Positions 9,596 to 20,689 are shown, counted from the stretch's first letter. The stretch is 64,000 nucleotides of DNA from Nannocystis pusilla (GCF_026626665.1 NZ_JAPNKE010000002.1:3693168-3757167), one strand, 5' to 3'. Notes: generated by a model from the sequence alone, not told the origin. Numbers and translations are program-made.

Positions 9596-11380
9596 TCACT
9601 CGGGGCGCGGTGCGAGCTCGGGGTCGATCAGCGCGCGCACGTAGGCGTGGTAGTGCGTGGCGATCGCCGCCTCGAACCTGGCCTGAAGTTCAGGCGACAT
9701 CCCGAACGGTCCGTCGGCCCAGAAGCTGAAGTCGGCGATGAAGTCGTCCTCGGAGCGGTCGTAGACGCGCCAGTCGATCGCGGGGAACGGCGGGAGATAG
9801 TCGGACGGCGGGAACTCGAGCCACGCGCGCAGGCTGGTGCTCCCGGCGCTCGCCTCCTCGTCGTCGTCCTCGTCGTCCTCGTCGTCCTCGTCGTCCGCGG
9901 CGCGCGGGTCGGTGAACACGACGCCGAGGCCGTTGCGGTCCAGCAGCTCGCGCCAGAACCGGGCGACGATCCGGAACAGCGCCGCGTCGCCGTCGATCGG
10001 CATCACGTGGCCGTTCCACGGGTCGCTCATCAGGATCGTCTCGAACTCGCCGCCGGGCGGGCACAGCGCGATCCGGTCCTCCTGGAACGTCCCGGGCGCA
10101 GGGCGGTGGCACGGGCAGAACAGCACGGTCCAGCCGTCGAGCTCGAGCGCCGCCAGCAGTTGGTCGTCGACGCTCTCGCGCAGCGCGTCGGTCTCGGCCT
10201 CGTCGAGCAGGCGGACGCGCCGCGCGGCCGCGGCCAGGCGCTCCTCGCTCAGCCTCGCCCGCGGCGACGGAGCCGGCGCCGCGCCGGGCGGGCCCTCGGC
10301 GACCCACGTCGCCAGCAGGGCCAGCGGTTGCGACGCCCTCAGGAACCCGTGGCACAGGAACTCGACGTCGGCCGCCACGTCCCCGCGGGCGAGGTACTCC
10401 TGGGCCGCCGCCCGCCACGCCTCGACGGCCGCGCGCGCGACCGATTCGTCGGTCGGCGCGGGGTCCAGGTAGTCCTCCACCGCCAGCGAGCGGACGAACA
10501 CCTCGCGCTCGTGGATGTCGACCAACTCGTCGCCCTCGTGCGTGACGACGCGTACCAGCCAGCGCAAGAGGCCGTACTGGGGCGCCTCGTCCTCGTGCCG
10601 GACCGACATCACGTGCAGCGCGTGGCGCCTCTCGCCGGCGACCGCCTCGACGAGCGGACGATCGCCGCCGGCGCCGAGCAGCTTGATCCCGCGGGAGAGC
10701 AGCCACCCGGCTCGCCCGCCGACGGCCTCGGGGATCAGCGCCTGCAGCAGCGCGCCCGCGATCGACTCCGGATAGCCCGGGCGCGGAGCGGCGAGCGCCG
10801 AGCGCAGCGTCGCCTCGGCCCGCGCGCGCCAGTTCGGCGCGAGCGGGAGGTCGTCGGCGATGTACGACGGCATGCGGACCCAGCCGCGCGCCCGCTGCTG
10901 GACGTCGCCGTCGCTCCAGCGCACCGCGATGTGCACCGCGCCCTCGCTGCCGCGCAGGTGCGGCCGCAGCCAGTCGACCTGCAGCGCCCGCGCCCCGTCG
11001 ACGACGCGCAGCCCGTCGAACACGTGGGTCTTCAGGGCCGCGGCGACGCTACCTGGCCGTTCGGACAGCTCGACGAACTCGTCGCCGACGAGCGCCGCGA
11101 GCTCGGCCCGCAGCGCCGGGTCGGCCGCGTCGCCCGCCTCGGCGAGCGCGACGATCGCCAGCTCGGGGCCGCGACCGAGGCACTGCGTGCGTCGAAGCTC
11201 CTCGGCGAGCGCGTCGCGGTCGAGCGTCGGCACGTTCGCCGGCGGCCAGGCGACGGGCAGGTCTCGCGGCAGCGCGGCCGCCCGCGTCAGCGCCTCGATC
11301 AGGGCCTCGGACAACTCGACGGAGCTCACCGCGCCGACCCTAGCGAATCGGGGCGCCGATCGCCACGGAGACCCGCGCAT
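9596..11380 (-). CDS. hypothetical protein (~595 aa) with a poly-acidic DDEDDEDDEDDDEE stretch
   Basis: Long minus-strand ORF with coding-like GC3 bias. ATG at 11380 is divergent from the lipoprotein gene. No recognisable domain. Confidence 0.45.
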   Translation of the reverse strand: MRGSPWRSAPRFARVGAVSSVELSEALIEALTRAAALPRDLPVAWPPANVPTLDRDALAEELRRTQCLGRGPELAIVALAEAGDAADPALRAELAALVGDEFVELSERPGSVAAALKTHVFDGLRVVDGARALQVDWLRPHLRGSEGAVHIAVRWSDGDVQQRARGWVRMPSYIADDLPLAPNWRARAEATLRSALAAPRPGYPESIAGALLQALIPEAVGGRAGWLLSRGIKLLGAGGDRPLVEAVAGERRHALHVMSVRHEDEAPQYGLLRWLVRVVTHEGDELVDIHEREVFVRSLAVEDYLDPAPTDESVARAAVEAWRAAAQEYLARGDVAADVEFLCHGFLRASQPLALLATWVAEGPPGAAPAPSPRARLSEERLAAAARRVRLLDEAETDALRESVDDQLLAALELDGWTVLFCPCHRPAPGTFQEDRIALCPPGGEFETILMSDPWNGHVMPIDGDAALFRIVARFWRELLDRNGLGVVFTDPRAADDEDDEDDEDDDEEASAGSTSLRAWLEFPPSDYLPPFPAIDWRVYDRSEDDFIADFSFWADGPFGMSPELQARFEAAIATHYHAYVRALIDPELAPRPE

Positions 11381-11570
11381 CGCCGGCCAGACGCGCGGAG
11401 GACGTCGGGCGCGCGACCGCGATACGCGGGCCAGTCGAGCTGCCCCACGCGCGCCGCCGGCCGGTCGACCGCGGCGCGACATCCGAGGACGAACCGCTAC
11501 GCTGTTCGAGCCGTGTCTGGGCCACGGCACGAGGACGACGCCCCGGGGTTCGTGGTACGATGGCGCGCGA

Positions 11571-12839
11571 ATGGTCGCAAAGGACGCGAGCAAGTCGGGG
11601 TGCTTGGCGCTGGCGCTCGGGCTCGTCGCGTGCGCGCCCCAGTCGCGCGAAATCATGGCCTTCGGGACGACGCTGCAGATGATGGGCGGGGCGCCGGAGC
11701 TCTCGTTGATCGGGCTCGAGCTCCATTTGAAAGAAGGCGACCGCGAGGTCTCGGTCGAGTACGGCGCGGGCGCGGTGCTGACGTTTCGCGGGGCCGAGCT
11801 GGCGCCCGGGGCGAAGCTGCACCTGCGCGCCTCGGGGCCGCGCAAGGGGCACACGGCCGCGCCGCCCAGCCTGCCGCTGCTGCGGGCGGTGGCGGAGACG
11901 AGGAGAGCCGACGGAGCCGCCACGGGGCTCGTGGCGCTGCTGCAGAAGCACGAGGGGGACGTGCTCGAAGCGTCGCCGATGGCCTGGGAACCGGCGCTTG
12001 GTTCGGCGCCGCCGCTCGGCTACGTGGAGACCTTGGTGGCGAGCGAGGGCGGGACGCTGGTGCATCTGCGACCGTCGGAGCCGGCGCAGGATCGGGTCAT
12101 CGGCTGGTCGCCGGACGTCGGGGCTCGCTTCACGCTCGCCCCGGGGTTTCCGGCGGATTGGCCGACCGCGTGCCCGCTGGGGACGGAGCGGCTGACGTCG
12201 GGGAGCGCCGGGAGCTTGCGGGTCGCGCCGAGCGGGCGCTTCGCCGTGTTCGCGCGCATCGCGGGAGCGTACTGCACGGCCGCGGGGACGACGACGAGCA
12301 CCCGGCTCGACGAGCTGGTCGAAGCGACCGTGTTCGACACGCGCACCGGTCAGGCGATCGCCGCGCCCGTGCAGGTCCGCGGGGCCAAGCTGCGGCACGA
12401 ATCGGCGAGGCGGGCGGCCGTGACCGACGACGGGGAGCTGCTGGTGTCGCTGCCCGGTGACGAGGACGCGGGGATCGAGCCGCGCTGGAGCGTCCACGCG
12501 GCCGACGGGGCGCAGGTGCTGACGTTCCCGATGCTCCCGGACGCGTGGGCGAACGAGGTGTTCGCGTGGGACGACGGGTGGCTGCTTCGCACCGAGGACG
12601 AGCTGGTGGCGCTGGCCCGCGACGGGACGGAGAAGCGTCGGGCGCCGCTCGCCGCCGACGCGCCGATCGTGGTCACCCGGGACGCGCTGTTCGTGCTCGA
12701 GGTCGAAGCGGCAGAGGACCCGGACCTGCACTTCCCGGGCGAGCGGCCGTGCCTGCACCGGCACGACGCGACCCTGTCGCGCGTGGCGACGAGCTGCCTC
12801 GAGAACGAGGCGATCGCGGCGGCGTTCGATCGCGGTTGA
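11571..12839 (+). CDS. lipoprotein, hypothetical
   Basis: ATG at 11571. N-terminus MVAKDASKSGCLALALGLVACAPQ is a lipobox. The ORF is continuous to 12839. Confidence 0.55.
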   Translation: MVAKDASKSGCLALALGLVACAPQSREIMAFGTTLQMMGGAPELSLIGLELHLKEGDREVSVEYGAGAVLTFRGAELAPGAKLHLRASGPRKGHTAAPPSLPLLRAVAETRRADGAATGLVALLQKHEGDVLEASPMAWEPALGSAPPLGYVETLVASEGGTLVHLRPSEPAQDRVIGWSPDVGARFTLAPGFPADWPTACPLGTERLTSGSAGSLRVAPSGRFAVFARIAGAYCTAAGTTTSTRLDELVEATVFDTRTGQAIAAPVQVRGAKLRHESARRAAVTDDGELLVSLPGDEDAGIEPRWSVHAADGAQVLTFPMLPDAWANEVFAWDDGWLLRTEDELVALARDGTEKRRAPLAADAPIVVTRDALFVLEVEAAEDPDLHFPGERPCLHRHDATLSRVATSCLENEAIAAAFDRG

Positions 12840-13041
12840 CGTCGCGGTAGCGGTCGAGCTCGCTCGCCCGCCGTCCGCAGAGCGGACTCGGGCCCTACGT
12901 GACGTGGCGTCGCCCGTGACTATCGAATCGTGGCAGGCGAAATCGGGGCCGCTCGAAGCCGACGCAATCTCGAAGAGCGCCCCCTTCGCTGGTGTCACGA
13001 TTGAGATGTCGCCGCGGACTTCCGTGCCCCACGAGCGCCGC

Positions 13042-13518
13042 CTAGGCGGCCGGCAGCGCGTCGTCGTCGCCGGCCTTCGCGCCTCTCCGCCGGGGGCGTG
13101 GCGTGCCGCGCTCGACGGATTCGCCGCGGAGGCTGCGGCCGCGTTGAAACACGAACACCCGGCCGAAGACGCCGACGGCGACGGTCGTGTCGCCGGTGGT
13201 GGCCGAAACGAGGAGGTAATCCCCGTGGATGAGCACCGGATCGCTCAATGAGGTGGTCGCGCGGAGCGCGGTCAAATGCTGCGACCGGTCCGGCTTCGTG
13301 AGCAGGGCCAACATGAGCAGCGTCGCCACCGCCAACTGGTCGAGCCAGCGCGGGCGGACCCGGTGCCGCGCTCGCAACGCGAACCAGAGCAGCGCCAGGA
13401 AGGCGACGAAGACCGGGATCACGACTGCCTGCTTCATGAAGGGGCCGATCGCACCTCCCGCCAGCGCAGTGTGCATGAGGGTCGTGGCGGACTGGGAATC
13501 CAGCAGGTCAAGTTGCAT
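13042..13518 (-). CDS. hypothetical small membrane protein
   Basis: Hydrophobic segment AVVIPVFVAFLALLWFAL. Weak call. Confidence 0.25.
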   Translation of the reverse strand: MQLDLLDSQSATTLMHTALAGGAIGPFMKQAVVIPVFVAFLALLWFALRARHRVRPRWLDQLAVATLLMLALLTKPDRSQHLTALRATTSLSDPVLIHGDYLLVSATTGDTTVAVGVFGRVFVFQRGRSLRGESVERGTPRPRRRGAKAGDDDALPAA

Positions 13519-14160
13519 CGGGATCGTCTTCCGCGATCGCGCCTGCGATCTGCGGAATGGCGGCCCGACCACTCCAGAACCTGTGACGGACCTCCCGCCA
13601 CACCCTACGCGGATACGCACCCGCGTACTACGCAGATACCGCACCACGGCTCAGCATGCAAGCGACTTGCGACTCCCATGAACGGAGCGCCCCTCGCGCC
13701 CCGTCCCGACACACTCGCTGGATTGGATTACCCGACTGTCATCTTCGGCCCGCGCTGCCACGGGCAGCACAGGCACCTCTACGCGCCGAGGTCGTCGCTC
13801 GCCGCGCCGCACCGCGCCCCCTGGCGCTCGCAGCGGCCGCGAGGCATCGCCCGCCACCTCCCGGCAGGTAGCGCCGCGCCCGCGGCGACCGCGATGGCCT
13901 TGCGGACCGAAGGACGGCCCGAGGCTCATTGGGGACCTCGGCACGCCGACCCCGCAACATCGATTCACGGCGCGGCTGGACGAGCGCTCGACATGGCAGC
14001 AGACCCTCCGCCGCTCGCCGGGCCGGAGCGACGCCGCGAGCTTTCGGCGCAGTACGACCCCGCAATCACCGAGCCCGGGCGAATCATGTGTGCGCCTCCG
14101 ATCGCTATGAAAATCATCACCGCTCGCCGCGGGGTCCCTACAATCCCCGCAGTCGCGCGG

Positions 14161-15125
14161 TCACACCATTCGCTGCAGCTCTTCCACGATCCGCTTCGCC
14201 TCCTCGCGCACGCTGGGCTCCGGATCGGCGAGGAACATCCGCGCCCTCTCGATGCAATCGGCAGGGCGCCGCTGGAACACGCCCTGAAGCACCGCGAGGC
14301 GGATGTTGGCCGCTTCGTCGCGGCGAAACGACCAGAGGAGCGCCAGGGCGCCCGGGTGCGGGTCGGCGCCGAGCCCGAGCACGACCTCGTACGTGCGATA
14401 CGCCGGTTCGGCGAGCGCCTGGCCGAGAGCATGGAGCGCTTCGTCCGTCGCGTGGCGGCACAATCGCTTCAGCGCCACGAACGGCCGCTCCCCGGGGCGT
14501 TGCAGCAGCCGCACGTAGTGCGAGACCACGCGGCTGTCTTCGATGGTGGCCAGCGCCTGCTCCGCTTCCCGCCAGACGGTGTCGTCGTCGGCCAGCGTCC
14601 GGCGCCCCAGCGCGTCGATGACCGCGCCCAGCGCCGCGCCGTCGGGCGGCTGAACCTCGAGCGTCGTCGCGACCTGGACGCCGATCTCCGCTGCCGGTCG
14701 TCGCATGCTGTCCGCGGACCACGGCTCTTCCGCGCATCGCAGCTGCTTGCCGACCACGATCCGGTGCGCGCCGGCGGCCTCGAAGCGGACCCAGTGCGCG
14801 AGCAACAACCGCCTCCGGAACGGCTTGTCGGGGGAGAGACGCCGCCCGCCGACGACGCCGCCCAGCGGGGCCCTGCGTCGCGGATCGGGAGGCTGCGCCC
14901 GCGCTCCACGTCGATCGCCGCCAGCGCGTAGCTCTCGGGCCGGCCCAGGCGGTTGCGGTAGTCGCCGCCCTCGATCAGGATGAGCGGCTCGCCCGCGACG
15001 AGCCGCACCTCGAAGGTCAGATAGAGCGGCTCGTCCTGACGGAGCGTCCTCCGATCGGGCTCGAGAGACACGGCGAGCTCGCGCGCGAGCAGGTCCACGT
15101 GAATCGCCGACTCGACGGGCGTCAT
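14161..15125 (-). CDS. HEAT/PBS-lyase-like repeat protein with one frameshift (~14870)
   Basis: Repeats of the ...VRxxAxxALGxLG... HEAT type. The N-terminal part (MTPVESAIHVDLLARELAV...) and C-terminal part are in different frames. Confidence 0.5.
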
Positions 15126-15268
15126 GCGCCGAGGATGTCAGACTCGTGCGCAGTCGGGGACCATTGCTCGCTCGAGCCGTTCGAGGCGGGGAGCGCCCTG
15201 ACAGGCGAACTTCGCTGCATTGACGGGGCGGGCGATCTCGCTCAGACTGCCGTCACAGGGAGGATCGC

Positions 15269-15922
15269 ATGATCACGCTCTACGGCTTCGGCCGAGTCCA
15301 TCCAAAGGTCATCGGCGAGACGCGCGACCTGCGGGTGCAGTGGGCGCTCGAGGAGCTCGGGCTGCCGTACCGCGTCCATCCGCTCGACCACACCGGCGGC
15401 GAGTTCGACAGCCCGGCGTTCGCGGCGATAAGCCCGTTCCACCAGGCGCCGGTGATCGACGACGACGGCGTCGTCATCGCCGAGACGGGCGCCATCCTGC
15501 TCTACCTGGCGGAGAAGGCCGGCACGCTGCCGACCGACGCCCCCGGTCGAGCCGCGGTCGTCCAGTGGTGCTTCGCCGCGCTCACCACGGTCGAGCCGCC
15601 GGTCGCCATGATCCAGCTGTCCGACGCCGGCGGGCTGCCGAGCAACGGCGAACAGAGGGCCGCGCTGGTCCGCTGGTCTCACCGCGTCCTCGACGGGATC
15701 GAGCGCCGGCTCGACGGGCGGACCTGGATCGCCGCGGACGAATTCACGGTCGCCGACATCCTCCTCACGAGCGTCCTGCGCGAGATCCGTCGCACCGACC
15801 TCCTCGCCGACTACCCGCGGCTGCGGGCGTATTTCGAGCGGACGCAGGCGCGCCCCGCCTGGCAGCGGACGCTCGAGCGCTACGCGGAGCGGTTCGGCGT
15901 GACCGTCGCGGACATCCGCTGA
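15269..15922 (+). CDS. glutathione S-transferase
   Basis: RBS ggaggatcgc then ATG. Thioredoxin-like N-domain (MITLYGF..ESGAILLYLAEK) plus an alpha-helical C-domain. Intact. Confidence 0.8.
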   Translation: MITLYGFGRVHPKVIGETRDLRVQWALEELGLPYRVHPLDHTGGEFDSPAFAAISPFHQAPVIDDDGVVIAETGAILLYLAEKAGTLPTDAPGRAAVVQWCFAALTTVEPPVAMIQLSDAGGLPSNGEQRAALVRWSHRVLDGIERRLDGRTWIAADEFTVADILLTSVLREIRRTDLLADYPRLRAYFERTQARPAWQRTLERYAERFGVTVADIR

Positions 15923-16033
15923 TCACGACAGCCGCCCTCTCCTGCTCTTCTCTTCGAAAGAGAGCGGCCGCTTCCTCGACCGCCCCGCTCTCGGAGCTGT
16001 TTTCATGCGCGGCACACCTCGCCGCGAATGCCC

Positions 16034-16945
16034 TCATCGCCCCGGGCCCCGCCGCCGCGCCCGCAGGAAATCGACCAGCGCGCGCAGCTTCGGCGCCACC
16101 TGCGTGCGGCTCGGGTAGTACAGAAACAGGCCAGGGAACGGCGGGCAGTACGAAGTCAGCACCCGGACCAGGCGCTTCTCGGCCAGCGCCTCCGTCACCG
16201 AGTTCTCGAGCAGGTACGCCAGCCCGACCCCGTCGAGGGCCGCGCGCACCATCACGTCGTACTCGTTGGTGACCAGCCGACCTTCGACCGCCAGGCTGAT
16301 GTCACGACCCTTCTCGGTGAACTCCCAGCGGTACACCGCTCCGCTGGAGACCCGGCGGTAGTTGATGCATTCGTGCTCGAGCAGCTCGCGCGGGTGCTTC
16401 GGCTTCGGGTGCGCGGCGAAGTACGCCGGCGAGCCGACCACCGCCGAGCGCATGTCGCCCGTCAGGCGGACCGCGACCACGTCCTTGTCGAGCATCTCGC
16501 CGATCCGGACGCCCGCGTCGAAGCCCTGCGCGACGATGTCGGCGAACCCGTCGTCGGTCGTGATCTCGAGGCGAATCTCCGGGTGCGCCGCCAGGAACGG
16601 GGCCAGGATCGGCTCCAGCACCCAGCGGCTGGCCACTCGCGGCACGTTCAGGCGCAGCGTCCCGGTCGGCCGCCCGCGCACCTGATCGAGCGCTTCGAAC
16701 GCGGCCTCGACCCCGGCCATCGCCGGCCGGAGCTGGCCGACGAAGCGCTCCCCCGCCTCGGTCAGCCCCACGCTCCGGGTCGTGCGCTGCAGCAGCCGCA
16801 CCCCCACGCGCTCCTCGAGCGCGCGGACGCTCTGGCTCACCGCCGACGGGGTCACGCGCAGCTCCGCCGCCGCGGCCGTGAAGCTGCGCTTCTCCGCCAC
16901 CACCAGCAGCGCCGTCAGACCCGAGAGATCGTGCATCGCTGCCAT
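16034..16945 (-). CDS. LysR-family transcriptional regulator
   Basis: N-terminal HTH LTALLVVAEKRSFTAAAAELRVTPSAVSQSVRALEERVG plus a substrate-binding domain. Divergent from the SDR gene. Confidence 0.85.
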   Translation of the reverse strand: MAAMHDLSGLTALLVVAEKRSFTAAAAELRVTPSAVSQSVRALEERVGVRLLQRTTRSVGLTEAGERFVGQLRPAMAGVEAAFEALDQVRGRPTGTLRLNVPRVASRWVLEPILAPFLAAHPEIRLEITTDDGFADIVAQGFDAGVRIGEMLDKDVVAVRLTGDMRSAVVGSPAYFAAHPKPKHPRELLEHECINYRRVSSGAVYRWEFTEKGRDISLAVEGRLVTNEYDVMVRAALDGVGLAYLLENSVTEALAEKRLVRVLTSYCPPFPGLFLYYPSRTQVAPKLRALVDFLRARRRGPGR

Positions 16946-17031
16946 TTTTTAGCAGAACTGAAAAGCGAGCGGCAATTGCGCGCTTCTCCGCCGGGGCGCG
17001 GACGCCTAGCTTCTCCCGCCAGGAGACCGCC

Positions 17032-17896
17032 ATGAGCACCCGCCCCGCCCCCGCTTCCGAGACCGCCAAGGTCTGGTTCATCACCGGCTCGTCCTCCGGC
17101 TTCGGCCGCGCCCTCGTCGAGGAGGTCCTCGCCCGCGGCGACAGCGTCGTCGCCACCGCGCGCCGGCCCGACGTCCTCGCCGACCTGGCCGCCCGCGCCC
17201 CCGATCGCTTCCAGCTCGCCGAGCTCGACGTCACCCGCCCCGAGCAGGTGCGCGCCGTCGTCGCCGCCGCCCTGGCCCGCTTCGGCCGCATCGACGTCCT
17301 CGTCAACAACGCCGGCTTTAGCATCCTCGGCGCGCTCGAGGAGACCGACGACGACGCCCTGCGGGCGACCATGGAGCTGATGTTCTTCGCCGCGATCGCC
17401 ACCACCCGCGAGGTCCTGCCGCACATGCGCGCGCCGGAGCGGCACGATCGTCCAGATCACCAGCGTCGGCGGCATCACCACCGCGCCCGGATTCGGGGCC
17501 TACTGCGCGGCCAAGCACGCGCTCGAGGCCGCGTCCGAGAGCCTCGCCGCCGAGGTCGAGCCACACGGCGTGCGCGTCCTCGTGGTCGAGCCGGGCGCCT
17601 TCCGCACCGCCCTGTTCGGCCCGGCCTTCCGCCACATGCCGGCCATGGACGCCTACGCCGCCACCGTCGGGGCCATGCGCTCGTGGGTGACGCAGACCCA
17701 CGGTGAACAGGGCGGCGATCCGGCCAAGGCCGCGCGCGCGATCGTCGACGTCGTCGGCCGCTCCGCCGGCCCGCTGCGCCTCCCGCTCGGCGGCGACGCG
17801 GTCGACCAGATCCGCGCCAAGCTGGCCAGGATCGCCGCCGACGTCGATCACGCCGAAGCGCTGGCCCGCAGCACCGACTTCGACCCGCAGGCCTGA
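17032..17896 (+). CDS. short-chain dehydrogenase/reductase (SDR) with one frameshift (~17430, consistent with loss of one GC from a cgcgcgcg run)
   Basis: TGSSSGFGRAL Rossmann motif, NNAG, then ...VQITSVGG...YCAAK in the +1 frame. RBS aggagaccgcc. Confidence 0.7.
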
Positions 17897-17972
17897 CGCG
17901 ACGGCCGGGCGCTCACCGACTCCAGCGCCGCGCGAGCACCTCCATCACGCCGAATCGACCGCCATCACTCGC

Positions 17973-18498
17973 TCAGTGGGCCGGCGGCGTCGCGTAGGTC
18001 ACCGCGGTCGCGCCGCTCTGCTTGAGCGCCTCGCCGATCGCGAACTCCCACGTCTTGTGACCGGCCAGCTCGCACCGATCGTGCTCGATGTCCTCGCACA
18101 GGTAGAACGGCAGCGGCGAGCCCTGTCCGGGGACCACTGCGAAGCCGGTCCACAGCGGGCACCCGCCGTAGTGCAGCTTGAGGAGCAGCTTGTCGCCCTC
18201 GATCTTGGGCTCGGCCTCGTGCAGAGAGCTGGCGATCCGGAAGCCCTCGGGGCAACGATCGACCACCAGGCCGACGTAGTTGTGGCCCTCGGTCTTGAGC
18301 GCGAACGCGGGATCCTTGCTGCGATCGTTCTTGCTGACCGCTCCAGCCGGCTCGCTCGGCTTGGCCGGCTCGCTCGGCTTGGCCGGCTCGCTCGGCTTGG
18401 CCGGCTCGGCCGCCTTGGCCGGCTCGGCTGCTTCGGCTTGTCGCAGGCGACGAGCACGGGAGAGAGAGGAGAGTGGCGAAGAGATGCGAGGGTTGCAT
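17973..18498 (-). CDS. small secreted/lipoprotein-like protein with (AKPSEP)n repeats encoded by 15-bp tandem repeats
   Basis: N-terminus MQPSHLFATLLSLPCSS. A 15-bp repeat sits at 18345-18420. The C-terminal domain is conserved-looking (HYGGCPLWTGFAVVPG). Frame switching makes the model uncertain. Confidence 0.35.
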
Positions 18499-18620
18499 GG
18501 ACGTGTCTGCCTGGGAGGCCGCGGCCCGGGCGGGGTCGTCTCCCGCCGCGAGGCCGCGGAGCCTACAACGAAGCTCCGCGCCGAGTCACGCCGCGCGAGG
18601 TCTTCGCGCCCGCGATTTCG

Positions 18621-18643
18621 AACATGTCCGTTCAGGCATGTCC
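18621..18643. promoter_or_regulatory. two CATGTCC motifs (AACATGTCC ... GGCATGTCC) spaced 14 bp, ~290 nt upstream of the TSP3 lipoprotein gene
   Basis: Same motif family as at 29543-29595, 31177-31186 and 41538-41587. Confidence 0.35.
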
Positions 18644-18930
18644 TATCAATCCGATCGTGGACCCCGCGCAGCGACGCCGCGGGCCGCGGGCGCGACTCGA
18701 TCGGGTCCTCGAAGCCCCATCTCAGCCGTTCAGCGATCGTGAGTTTGCGAGCGGCCGCACCCGCGAGCGCCGCTTCCCATGCACCTCCTCGCGCCGCGCC
18801 GCGGGAGCTCCTCGCCCGCCCGGACCCCCGCCGCCGCTCGCCCTGCCGGGTCCGAAGTCCGTCCGATCGTCCGCGCGCACGGCCGCAAAATCGATGAGCT
18901 ACTGCGATCTGCTCGCGCGACTGCAGCGTC

Positions 18931-20394
18931 ATGATTCGCCCTCACCACCGCCAACCGCGCCGGCTGCTCGGCGCCGTGCTCCTCGCCCTCGGCGCTTGCA
19001 ACCCCGCCGTGCTCGACCCCTTCGAAACCGACGGCGCCACCGAACCCGGCGCCACCGTCGACCCCGGCAGCACGAGCGGCGCCACCGGCCCCGCCGAATC
19101 GACCTCCGGCGCGAGCACGACCGCCGACCTGACCACCACCGGCACCACCGGCGGCGACGAGCCGCTGCCGAGCTGCGACGGTCCGGTCACCGACTGCAAG
19201 CTGGACCTGGACCGCGACGGCGTGATGGGGCACTGCGACAACGCTCCCGATCACTTCAACCCTGACCAGTCGGACGTCGACGGCGACGGCTTCGGCGACG
19301 TCGCCGACCTCTGCCCCACTCTCCCAGTCGGCGAGCCCAAGGCCGACAGCGACAAGGACGGCATCGGCAACGCCTGCGACCTGTGCGTCAAGGCGGCCGC
19401 GCACTACAACGACCCCGACGCCCCGATCCCCGAGCGCCTGAAGGTGCGCAACATCCCGAGCACCGCCGACAGCGATCGCGACGGCATCGGCGACGCCTGC
19501 GACAACTGCGTGCGCACCCCCAATTGCGAGGGCTACGGCGAGGGCCTCGACCCGTACGAGCTCGGCGATCCGATCGCCTTCGACGGCCCCGACTGCCAGA
19601 TCGACGCCGACAACGATCTCGTCGGCGACGCCTGCGCCGGCACCATGCTCCCGGGCGCCGCCGGCCCGGTCGGCTTCGGCCTCGACGACGACTTCGACCA
19701 GGACGGCCTGCGCAACGGGGACGACGGCTGCCCGCGCCAGCCCGTGCCCCTGCAGGCGTGCGACGACGACGTCGACTGCCCGACGGCCAGCAAGTGCGTC
19801 CAGGGCCAGTGCGGCCACGCCGACCTCGACGGCGACGACGTCGGCGACATCTGCGACCCCCTGCCCCTTCGTCGGCAACCCGCAGCAGGTCCAGCCGGGC
19901 ATGGCGGAGGAGAGCGACCAGGACGGCGACTTCGTCGGCTTCAACTGCGAGTCCACGTCGGACGCCGACCTCGTCCCCGACCCGCGCCGGATCGGCTTCT
20001 ACGACCTCAGCGCCAACGGCTATTGCTGCGTCCGCCTCCACCCCGCCGGCACCACCCTCGATCCCGACGGCGCCACCGTGCCGCTGCCCGCCAAGGTCCT
20101 CGCCCAACCAGGCGTCGGCCAGCTCCGCCCGGCTGCGCCCAGGAGGGCCAGCCGCTGAACGGCACCGTCGACCTCGCCACCTTGTGGGCCAGCTTCTGCC
20201 TCATGCCGCAGTCGGACCAGGACTTCGACGGCGTCGGCGACGTCGTCGATCTGTGCCCCTGGTCGTTCGACCCTGTCAACACCGTCTACGTCGACGACGC
20301 GAACATGCAATGGGAGAACTACGGCGAGTTCTGCCAGGGCGAGTACAGCCCCGAGCACCTTGACCCGGCGATGATGTGCATGCCGGGCACCTGA
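18931..20394 (+). CDS. lipoprotein with thrombospondin type-3 (calcium-binding DxDxDGxxDxxD) repeats; two frameshifts
   Basis: N-terminus LGAVLLALGACNP is a lipobox. Many DSDKDGIGNACDLC / DSDRDGIGDACDNC repeats spread over three frames. Confidence 0.6.
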   Translation: MIRPHHRQPRRLLGAVLLALGACNPAVLDPFETDGATEPGATVDPGSTSGATGPAESTSGASTTADLTTTGTTGGDEPLPSCDGPVTDCKLDLDRDGVMGHCDNAPDHFNPDQSDVDGDGFGDVADLCPTLPVGEPKADSDKDGIGNACDLCVKAAAHYNDPDAPIPERLKVRNIPSTADSDRDGIGDACDNCVRTPNCEGYGEGLDPYELGDPIAFDGPDCQIDADNDLVGDACAGTMLPGAAGPVGFGLDDDFDQDGLRNGDDGCPRQPVPLQACDDDVDCPTASKCVQGQCGHADLDGDDVGDICDPLPLRRQPAAGPAGHGGGERPGRRLRRLQLRVHVGRRPRPRPAPDRLLRPQRQRLLLRPPPPRRHHPRSRRRHRAAARQGPRPTRRRPAPPGCAQEGQPLNGTVDLATLWASFCLMPQSDQDFDGVGDVVDLCPWSFDPVNTVYVDDANMQWENYGEFCQGEYSPEHLDPAMMCMPGT

Positions 20395-20652
20395 TGACGC
20401 GCCCGCTGCGGCGCCTGTCCTTCGCGACATATCCCATCGAACATGCGCATCGTACTCGGCTCGCGGTCGAGCGAGCGCCGTCACCCGGTGACGCGCCACA
20501 CCCAAATACCTCGACCACCGCCAGGACCTCCGCGCGGTATCATGAATGGGCGGCGCCCCGAAGCGCCCGCGCATTCGCGTCACCCGCAGCGGGTCACGCG
20601 TGCGGCTGGCGGGGCGACCGCAGCGCCGGGGGATCGTTCGCGGCGCAAAAGG

Positions 20653-20689
20653 ATTCGGCGCGCCTGCAGGACCTGCAGGCGCGCCGAAT
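20653..20689 (-). terminator. 37-nt near-perfect palindrome ATTCGGCGCGCCTGCAGG-a-CCTGCAGGCGCGCCGAAT, 34 nt downstream of csbD; putative bidirectional terminator hairpin
   Basis: 18-bp inverted arms seen directly in the sequence. It lies between convergent genes (TSP3 lipoprotein and csbD). Confidence 0.45.

Noticed and set aside
13276-14931. 551-aa plus-strand ORF
   Set aside because: It is antisense to the HEAT-repeat gene. Its translation is low-complexity RP-rich and no start context was found.
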